From NCBI RefSeq assembly GCF_036588685.1, contig NC_086378.1:33790001-33854000 (forward strand): a stretch of DNA of 64,000 nucleotides, in the 5' to 3' direction. Below are positions 52,339-64,000 of the stretch, in pieces. Within the stretch, counting starts at the first letter, position 1; every line of letters starts with the position of its first letter. The notes beneath the pieces were generated by a model. It had not been told where the DNA came from. It searched no databases and was given only the letters and a program-made list of their open reading frames with translations. The translations under genes were made by a program, and so were the position numbers. The stretch comes from Mytilus trossulus. Lineage: Eukaryota.

Positions 52339-53210
52339 ACAGTCTGAAGTTTATAACTTCACAAACGGCCCTTTTCAGGGCCACCAACATTTTTCAAAAA
52401 GAATTTACAATTGTTGTACATCATGTCAAACTTCTAAACAAAGCTATAAATCCCAACCCCCAGCTATAACTACTTTCAAACTATTTCAATAGTATATGGT
52501 TACTTTTCTCTTCTTTCTATCTGTATAACAAATATGTGTATTTCACTCATTCTGTAGTATTTAATTTGTCAAAACTACAAAGCGTAAATACATAAATCAT
52601 GAAGAACAAAACAGTGCTTTCATTCCAATTAATAGAGTTGATAAATTTACGATTTCTTTTGCTTTTCGAGAGAGAAAAAAATATTGCGAGAATTATTTTA
52701 CACGGAAACAAGAACATTACCTAATCTTAAACCACGCAAAAACTCTATAATTGAATATAACAGAATCTACAGATTTTGTGTGTAAAAGTCCGTGCATTTT
52801 GTTTTGAAATTTTCTCTCTTTATGTAGGCAAATGCACGGACTTGTTGATCTTTGAACGTATTCATAAACCTTCAGAAATATAAATTCTCAAATAAATACA
52901 AGAGTAAGAGTAAGGAAGTTAATTAAAAAGAAAGCCAGATATTTAAAAAAAAAAAGGGGGGGGGGGGGGGGGGGGGGGGGGGTAATAGCGAGAGAGAGAG
53001 AGAGAGAGAGAGAAAATAGTTGCGGATCAGGATCAGGGAAAACAAGAAAACGGTTGAAAAATTCATGAACATTAGAGAAAAGAATAGAAGTGGGAGCAAG
53101 CTTTGATTTCAAGATTTTGTTTAAAACGATGTACAACAAATCTAAGATTCTTTTTGAAAAATGTTGGTGGCCCTGAAAAGGGCCGTTGTTGATATTAGCT
53201 GGGTGGCTGT

Positions 53211-53528
<318 letters not shown>

Positions 53529-55120
53529 CTATTTGTGGTGATTAGTTAAATAATACTTTCCGTCTAACAGCGACTCTTTATATATCACCAACGCGGCCGT
53601 AAAAGAAGTATCACACATTTTCAGTTAACTGTTGTCTGATTGGCTTACGTTGTTTTATTCCGGGAGGTAACTCTGTACTGCCTTAAACTGTGTACACTTT
53701 CAATCCACTTTTTCATTCTAGGTCTGAAAAATATAATAATTCATATCAGACAGTAAATTTTTAAGAAAAAACTATAATTGAACAGAAAAAAACTTTCAAT
53801 CGGAATAAAAATGACTGCAGGAGACAAAAAAAGTTCCAAAATGTTGAAAAGTTTTCATTTTAAGATAGAAAAGTATGATAAATAAATGATAAATGAAAAT
53901 CACTTTAGACAGTCAAAATTATAAAGATAATTATTTGCTTTCTCTGAACAGACATTTTTATTCAATGTCAATACACATTTCAACTTAATGGAATGGAATT
54001 TAGTTGGGGAAAAAATAAACCTCACAGACATATCTAGGAATACTGGTTATCTATTTGTCTATTTCATGTACCCAGAAATTGGATACATCACAGGATTTTA
54101 CATGCTTGCAGTTTTCTACCTGTCTTTCATAACTCAACATCATCTGTCAAAGCTGTGCTTGCCATCCATCAAAGATCTGCTGCAGGTACTTCAGATCATA
54201 AATGAGAGAATGTATGAATAAAACTGTTATTGTTATTACTATTAAAGAATATTTTTTTTAGGTATTACAGTGAAGAAAAGAGATGCCCCTGACTGCGGGT
54301 AAAACTTCTTATGTGTGCATCTTCCTTTCAATTTTATTTTTAAACGCCATTCTATATTTATCCACAGTATGACGATGACAATTTCATCAGCCAATCCAAT
54401 AAAAATGTTAATGCGCACACATGTACTTACTATTCTGAAGACATCTTTTAGCCAGAAAAGTTTATAATAAGTCTGAAAACTACTTTTTATCATATAAAAA
54501 AGCTTATAAGTGCAAGATATATGCTTACATGGACTTCCTACAGTGAAATTTTGTGGGGACTACTTGGACCCGTACCGAAATTATATTAATTTAAATAGAA
54601 ATTTCATGATTTTGTAAACTAGCAGCAAGACAAGACTCTAAAGTGGACAAAATATATTACTACATACATGATAAAAAAATTCTTTACAATTCTGACTGAA
54701 AAAGAGCTCTAAATTTTTGATAAAAGTACCCTGTAATATCAGCTTTTCTAAAAGAAATATACAAATTAATGATTTATACAAGATATTTAAACTCTAACTT
54801 AAAAAAAAAGGTTATATTTTGGCCAGTTGGTGGTTCTCTTTCTTTGGTCTAGACTACTGGTGTAAATAATACATCAAAAGAAGACAAGAAAAAACAAGCG
54901 AAGAAAAGAAAAGAACAGAAGTACAGATAGAAACATTCATATGTTGATCTTTTTTTATATAATGTACTATTTAATATTCTACACACAAGGACATACATGT
55001 ACCATGATAAACAAACACCCCCCTTTTTTTTGTGATGAGACTTGCGTGTATATATATATCATAAAATTTATTTTTTGTCTATGTATTGCTTTGCATATAG
55101 ATGGATTCAACAAGAAGAAA

Positions 55121-55158
<38 letters not shown>

Positions 55159-55277
55159 GGAAAAGAGGGGTTCAGCTATGTTTCTAATTTTCATGTACAA
55201 CAATTTATAGATTCTTTTTGAAAAATATTGGTGGCCCTGAAAAGGGCCGTTATGTTTTGGTGAAAAAATCACACTTC

Positions 55278-55793
<516 letters not shown>

Positions 55794-56971
55794 TCACCAC
55801 TTACATAAAGCTGGCGTTGATTGGTCCGCATATCTTAAATCTGATTGGACTGATTTGTAAGGGACTTTGACAGTTTTCAATCCAGTTTTTACTGAAAAAC
55901 TGCTCAACCCAAGCTGACAGTAAAAATGCCCCCTTTTTTCATTCAAAATTACAGTTTCTGATCATCATCCCTCATTGCTCAACAATAGTAAATTAGTGTC
56001 ACGGTTTCAATATGATAAATCTGAAGAAGAAAAAAATAATAATGAAAAAAGGTCAAAATACATGCAGAAACATTAAGGAAAGGAAAGAAAAATAAAACAG
56101 GAAAAAATAAAAATAAAATGCAGTTTGAACACTAACAAAGCGAAATAAGAAATGCAAAAACAGAAACAAATGGAATTACACATTCCCGACATGACATTGT
56201 ACGGATCGGCTGAGTTTCTCTATTGTTGTATTATGTCATATTTATGTATATTTAATATAAAAAAAGAAGATGTGGTATGATTTTCATTTGGGCTGGGCAC
56301 ATTTGTCACATTGTCTGATTGTCGGTGTGCTTACATCGATTCCACATCTTTAATACACAAACAATAAATAAATAAAGACAGAAAGACAGAGAGAGATGCC
56401 GAAAAAAAATGGAAAAAGGAAAAGAATGGAAAGTACATATCATATATAAAAGTGTTGACGAAAGAGATACTGTTAACAAAAACTATAAATAATTATAATA
56501 ATTAAAAAACACACACCTTCTCATATGAATCTAAGCATGCTCGCATCAATAACCAAGAGAGAGAAAGAAGAGAGCAGACTAGTATTAAATATAAATGCTA
56601 TCAGTGGTTTTTTTTTTCCCCCGACAAACTTTTTATGATTTAACTGAGCTACTAGTGGGTTCAGAGTCAGAAATTACGACAATAAATGTTCTCATGAAGA
56701 AGACTGAAAAAGTTACTAGACTTAGTGTTATGCTATAAGAACTGTACTTAAATGGGATGCGTTAGAGAGAGAAGAAAAGAAGAATGACGGAAGAAGGGAC
56801 ATTTATATTTTAGACATTTTTTATTTGTTATGTAGTAGAATATATTTTTTTTAATTATGTATGGGGAATAAAGTATTACTAAGATGTACAACAATTTTAG
56901 ACTCTTTTTGAAAAATATTGGTGGCCCTGAAAAGGGCCGTTGTTAAGTGAGTAATCTGATATATCCACTTT

Positions 56972-57355
<384 letters not shown>

Positions 57356-57625
57356 CTATTTGGTTGATCGACACTGAGTAAAGTGATACAATTTTTCTTC
57401 AAAATTTAGCTTATATACCCACTAAACGGATTGAACGATGTTTTTATTATACACCAATCAGAACGAAGCTCTCTGCGGGCAGTTAGGCTACCGAACATTC
57501 AACATGTTATGGGTGCTCTCTCCGAGGTTCGCGTTCAATAAAATCTTTCAATCCGTTTTGCCCAGTATATAAACAAATTGAAAATAATTTTTCACCATTA
57601 CTTATTTGATTATCAAACCAGTAAC

Positions 57626-58000
57626 ATGCCACCCAAAGTAGGAACTAAAGGAGCCAAGAAGGCCGTCACCAAGGCAAAGACTGCCAGACCCGGCGGTGAC
57701 AAGAAAAGGAGGAGGAAGAGACGTGAATCCTATGCTATCTACATCTACAAAGTCTTGAGACAAGTTCACCCCGACACCGGAGTGTCCTCAAAGGCAATGT
57801 CCATCATGAACAGCTTCGTCAACGATATCTTCGAGAGAATCGCAGCAGAGGCTTCCCGATTGGCACACTACAACAAAAGATCTACCATCACATCTCGGGA
57901 GATCCAGACCGCTGTCCGTCTTCTCTTACCCGGAGAATTGGCCAAGCACGCTGTCAGTGAAGGTACCAAAGCCGTCACTAAATACACCAGCAGCAAGTAA
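57626..58000 (+). CDS. H2B: Histone H2B
   Basis: Identical protein; start at first ATG. Confidence 0.98.
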   Translation: MPPKVGTKGAKKAVTKAKTARPGGDKKRRRKRRESYAIYIYKVLRQVHPDTGVSSKAMSIMNSFVNDIFERIAAEASRLAHYNKRSTITSREIQTAVRLLLPGELAKHAVSEGTKAVTKYTSSK

Positions 58001-58873
58001 ACAGTCTGAAGTTTATAACTTCACAAACGGCCCTTTTCAGGGCCACCAACATTTTTCAAAAAGAATTTACAATTGTTGTACATCATGTCAAACTTCTAAA
58101 CAAAGCTATAAATCCCAACCCCCAGCTATAACTACTTTCAAACTATTTCAATAGTATATGGTTACTTTTCTCTTCTTTCTATCTGTATAACAAATATGTG
58201 TATTTCACTCATTCTGTAGTATTTAATTTGTCAAAACTACAAAGCGTAAATACATAAATCATGAAGAACAAAACAGTGCTTTCATTCCAATTAATAGAGT
58301 TGATAAATTTACGATTTCTTTTGCTTTTCGAGAGAGAAAAAAATATTGCGAGAATTATTTTACACGGAAACAAGAACATTACCTAATCTTAAACCACGCA
58401 AAAACTCTATAATTGAATATAACAGAATCTACAGATTTTGTGTGTAAAAGTCCGTGCATTTTGTTTTGAAATTTTCTCTCTTTATGTAGGCAAATGCACG
58501 GACTTGTTGATCTTTGAACGTATTCATAAACCTTCAGAAATATAAATTCTCAAATAAATACAAGAGTAAGAGTAAGGAAGTTAATTAAAAAGAAAGCCAG
58601 ATATTTAAAAAAAAAAAGGGGGGGGGGGGGGGGGGGGGGGGGGGGTAATAGCGAGAGAGAGAGAGAGAGAGAGAGAAAATAGTTGCGGATCAGGATCAGG
58701 GAAAACAAGAAAACGGTTGAAAAATTCATGAACATTAGAGAAAAGAATAGAAGTGGGAGCAAGCTTTGATTTCAAGATTTTGTTTAAAACGATGTACAAC
58801 AAATCTAAGATTCTTTTTGAAAAATGTTGGTGGCCCTGAAAAGGGCCGTTGTTGATATTAGCTGGGTGGCTGT

Positions 58874-59191
<318 letters not shown>

Positions 59192-59343
59192 CTATTTGTG
59201 GTGATTAGTTAAATAATACTTTCCGTCTAACAGCGACTCTTTATATATCACCAACGCGGCCGTAAAAGAAGTATCACACATTTTCAGTTAACTGTTGTCT
59301 GATTGGCTTACGTTGTTTTATTCCGGGAGGTAACTCTGTACTG

Positions 59344-59443
59344 NNNNNNNNNNNNNNNNNNNNNNNNNNNNNNNNNNNNNNNNNNNNNNNNNNNNNNNNN
59401 NNNNNNNNNNNNNNNNNNNNNNNNNNNNNNNNNNNNNNNNNNN
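59344..59443. other. Assembly gap (100 N)
   Basis: Run of exactly 100 N. Phase jumps from the H4 promoter to the H3-H2A spacer. Confidence 0.99.
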
Positions 59444-60300
59444 AAAATGCAGTTTGAACACTAACAAAGCGAAATAAGAAATGCAAAAACAGAAACAAAT
59501 GGAATTACACATTCCCGACATGACATTGTACGGATCGGCTGAGTTTCTCTATTGTTGTATTATGTCATATTTATGTATATTTAATATAAAAAAAGAAGAT
59601 GTGGTATGATTTTCATTTGGGCTGGGCACATTTGTCACATTGTCTGATTGTCGGTGTGCTTACATCGATTCCACATCTTTAATACACAAACAATAAATAA
59701 ATAAAGACAGAAAGACAGAGAGAGATGCCGAAAAAAAATGGAAAAAGGAAAAGAATGGAAAGTACATATCATATATAAAAGTGTTGACGAAAGAGATACT
59801 GTTAACAAAAACTATAAATAATTATAATAATTAAAAAACACACACCTTCTCATATGAATCTAAGCATGCTCGCATCAATAACCAAGAGAGAGAAAGAAGA
59901 GAGCAGACTAGTATTAAATATAAATGCTATCAGTGGTTTTTTTTTTCCCCCGACAAACTTTTTATGATTTAACTGAGCTACTAGTGGGTTCAGAGTCAGA
60001 AATTACGACAATAAATGTTCTCATGAAGAAGACTGAAAAAGTTACTAGACTTAGTGTTATGCTATAAGAACTGTACTTAAATGGGATGCGTTAGAGAGAG
60101 AAGAAAAGAAGAATGACGGAAGAAGGGACATTTATATTTTAGACATTTTTTATTTGTTATGTAGTAGAATATATTTTTTTTAATTATGTATGGGGAATAA
60201 AGTATTACTAAGATGTACAACAATTTTAGACTCTTTTTGAAAAATATTGGTGGCCCTGAAAAGGGCCGTTGTTAAGTGAGTAATCTGATATATCCACTTT

Positions 60301-60684
<384 letters not shown>

Positions 60685-60954
60685 CTATTTGGTTGATCGA
60701 CACTGAGTAAAGTGATACAATTTTTCTTCAAAATTTAGCTTATATACCCACTAAACGGATTGAACGATGTTTTTATTATACACCAATCAGAACGAAGCTC
60801 TCTGCGGGCAGTTAGGCTACCGAACATTCAACATGTTATGGGTGCTCTCTCCGAGGTTCGCGTTCAATAAAATCTTTCAATCCGTTTTGCCCAGTATATA
60901 AACAAATTGAAAATAATTTTTCACCATTACTTATTTGATTATCAAACCAGTAAC

Positions 60955-61329
60955 ATGCCACCCAAAGTAGGAACTAAAGGAGCCAAGAAGGCCGTCACCA
61001 AGGCAAAGACTGCCAGACCCGGCGGTGACAAGAAAAGGAGGAGGAAGAGACGTGAATCCTATGCTATCTACATCTACAAAGTCTTGAGACAAGTTCACCC
61101 CGACACCGGAGTGTCCTCAAAGGCAATGTCCATCATGAACAGCTTCGTCAACGATATCTTCGAGAGAATCGCAGCAGAGGCTTCCCGATTGGCACACTAC
61201 AACAAAAGATCTACCATCACATCTCGGGAGATCCAGACCGCTGTCCGTCTTCTCTTACCCGGAGAATTGGCCAAGCACGCTGTCAGTGAAGGTACCAAAG
61301 CCGTCACTAAATACACCAGCAGCAAGTAA
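60955..61329 (+). CDS. H2B: Histone H2B
   Basis: Identical protein; start at first ATG. Confidence 0.98.
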   Translation: MPPKVGTKGAKKAVTKAKTARPGGDKKRRRKRRESYAIYIYKVLRQVHPDTGVSSKAMSIMNSFVNDIFERIAAEASRLAHYNKRSTITSREIQTAVRLLLPGELAKHAVSEGTKAVTKYTSSK

Positions 61330-62202
61330 ACAGTCTGAAGTTTATAACTTCACAAACGGCCCTTTTCAGGGCCACCAACATTTTTCAAAAAGAATTTACA
61401 ATTGTTGTACATCATGTCAAACTTCTAAACAAAGCTATAAATCCCAACCCCCAGCTATAACTACTTTCAAACTATTTCAATAGTATATGGTTACTTTTCT
61501 CTTCTTTCTATCTGTATAACAAATATGTGTATTTCACTCATTCTGTAGTATTTAATTTGTCAAAACTACAAAGCGTAAATACATAAATCATGAAGAACAA
61601 AACAGTGCTTTCATTCCAATTAATAGAGTTGATAAATTTACGATTTCTTTTGCTTTTCGAGAGAGAAAAAAATATTGCGAGAATTATTTTACACGGAAAC
61701 AAGAACATTACCTAATCTTAAACCACGCAAAAACTCTATAATTGAATATAACAGAATCTACAGATTTTGTGTGTAAAAGTCCGTGCATTTTGTTTTGAAA
61801 TTTTCTCTCTTTATGTAGGCAAATGCACGGACTTGTTGATCTTTGAACGTATTCATAAACCTTCAGAAATATAAATTCTCAAATAAATACAAGAGTAAGA
61901 GTAAGGAAGTTAATTAAAAAGAAAGCCAGATATTTAAAAAAAAAAAGGGGGGGGGGGGGGGGGGGGGGGGGGGGTAATAGCGAGAGAGAGAGAGAGAGAG
62001 AGAGAAAATAGTTGCGGATCAGGATCAGGGAAAACAAGAAAACGGTTGAAAAATTCATGAACATTAGAGAAAAGAATAGAAGTGGGAGCAAGCTTTGATT
62101 TCAAGATTTTGTTTAAAACGATGTACAACAAATCTAAGATTCTTTTTGAAAAATGTTGGTGGCCCTGAAAAGGGCCGTTGTTGATATTAGCTGGGTGGCT
62201 GT

Positions 62203-62520
<318 letters not shown>

Positions 62521-64000
62521 CTATTTGTGGTGATTAGTTAAATAATACTTTCCGTCTAACAGCGACTCTTTATATATCACCAACGCGGCCGTAAAAGAAG
62601 TATCACACATTTTCAGTTAACTGTTGTCTGATTGGCTTACGTTGTTTTATTCCGGGAGGTAACTCTGTACTGCCTTAAACTGTGTACACTTTCAATCCAC
62701 TTTTTCATTCTAGGTCTGAAAAATATAATAATTCATATCAGACAGTAAATTTTTAAGAAAAAACTATAATTGAACAGAAAAAAACTTTCAATCGGAATAA
62801 AAATGACTGCAGGAGACAAAAAAAGTTCCAAAATGTTGAAAAGTTTTCATTTTAAGATAGAAAAGTATGATAAATAAATGATAAATGAAAATCACTTTAG
62901 ACAGTCAAAATTATAAAGATAATTATTTGCTTTCTCTGAACAGACATTTTTATTCAATGTCAATACACATTTCAACTTAATGGAATGGAATTTAGTTGGG
63001 GAAAAAATAAACCTCACAGACATATCTAGGAATACTGGTTATCTATTTGTCTATTTCATGTACCCAGAAATTGGATACATCACAGGATTTTACATGCTTG
63101 CAGTTTTCTACCTGTCTTTCATAACTCAACATCATCTGTCAAAGCTGTGCTTGCCATCCATCAAAGATCTGCTGCAGGTACTTCAGATCATAAATGAGAG
63201 AATGTATGAATAAAACTGTTATTGTTATTACTATTAAAGAATATTTTTTTTAGGTATTACAGTGAAGAAAAGAGATGCCCCTGACTGCGGGTAAAACTTC
63301 TTATGTGTGCATCTTCCTTTCAATTTTATTTTTAAACGCCATTCTATATTTATCCACAGTATGACGATGACAATTTCATCAGCCAATCCAATAAAAATGT
63401 TAATGCGCACACATGTACTTACTATTCTGAAGACATCTTTTAGCCAGAAAAGTTTATAATAAGTCTGAAAACTACTTTTTATCATATAAAAAAGCTTATA
63501 AGTGCAAGATATATGCTTACATGGACTTCCTACAGTGAAATTTTGTGGGGACTACTTGGACCCGTACCGAAATTATATTAATTTAAATAGAAATTTCATG
63601 ATTTTGTAAACTAGCAGCAAGACAAGACTCTAAAGTGGACAAAATATATTACTACATACATGATAAAAAAATTCTTTACAATTCTGACTGAAAAAGAGCT
63701 CTAAATTTTTGATAAAAGTACCCTGTAATATCAGCTTTTCTAAAAGAAATATACAAATTTAATGATTTATACAAGATATTTAAACTCTAACTTAAAAAAA
63801 AAGGTTATATTTTGGCCAGTTGGTGGTTCTCTTTCTTTGGTCTAGACTACTGGTGTAAATAATACATCAAAAGAAGACAAGAAAAAACAAGCGAAGAAAA
63901 GAAAAGAACAGAAGTACAGATAGAAACATTCATATGTTGATCTTTTTTTATATAATGTACTATTTAATATTCTACACACAAGGACATACATGTACCATGA

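Overview
This window is eukaryotic, AT-rich DNA made entirely of a tandem array of replication-dependent core histone genes. Each ~5.6 kb unit is a quartet, H4> <H2B H2A> H3>, with no recognisable H1 or 5S rRNA gene. There are 46 intronless histone CDSs: 11 H4, 12 H2B (one cut by a gap), 12 H2A and 11 H3. Every complete gene is followed by the canonical 3' stem-loop GGCCCTTTTCAGGGCC and a purine-rich downstream element. From recall, the gene order and the H2B/H2A tails resemble marine mussel (Mytilus-like) core histone clusters; this was not checked by a search. Three 100-N scaffold gaps split the window into four contigs. Contigs 1-2 (1-36877) carry unit type A (period 5612-5616 bp). Contigs 3-4 (36978-64000) carry a diverged unit type B (period 5662-5665 bp) in the opposite orientation. 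Types A and B encode identical proteins. I found no support for a wholly new biological system here. The best leads are cis-regulatory: an invariant TTGTTGTACAT box downstream of the U7-binding element in all four genes, a TTCAATCC promoter motif shared by all four genes, an H3 promoter with CACAAAAA in the TATA position, and an inverted repeat plus a poly-G tract between the convergent H4 and H2B genes. All non-histone ORFs in the track look spurious.
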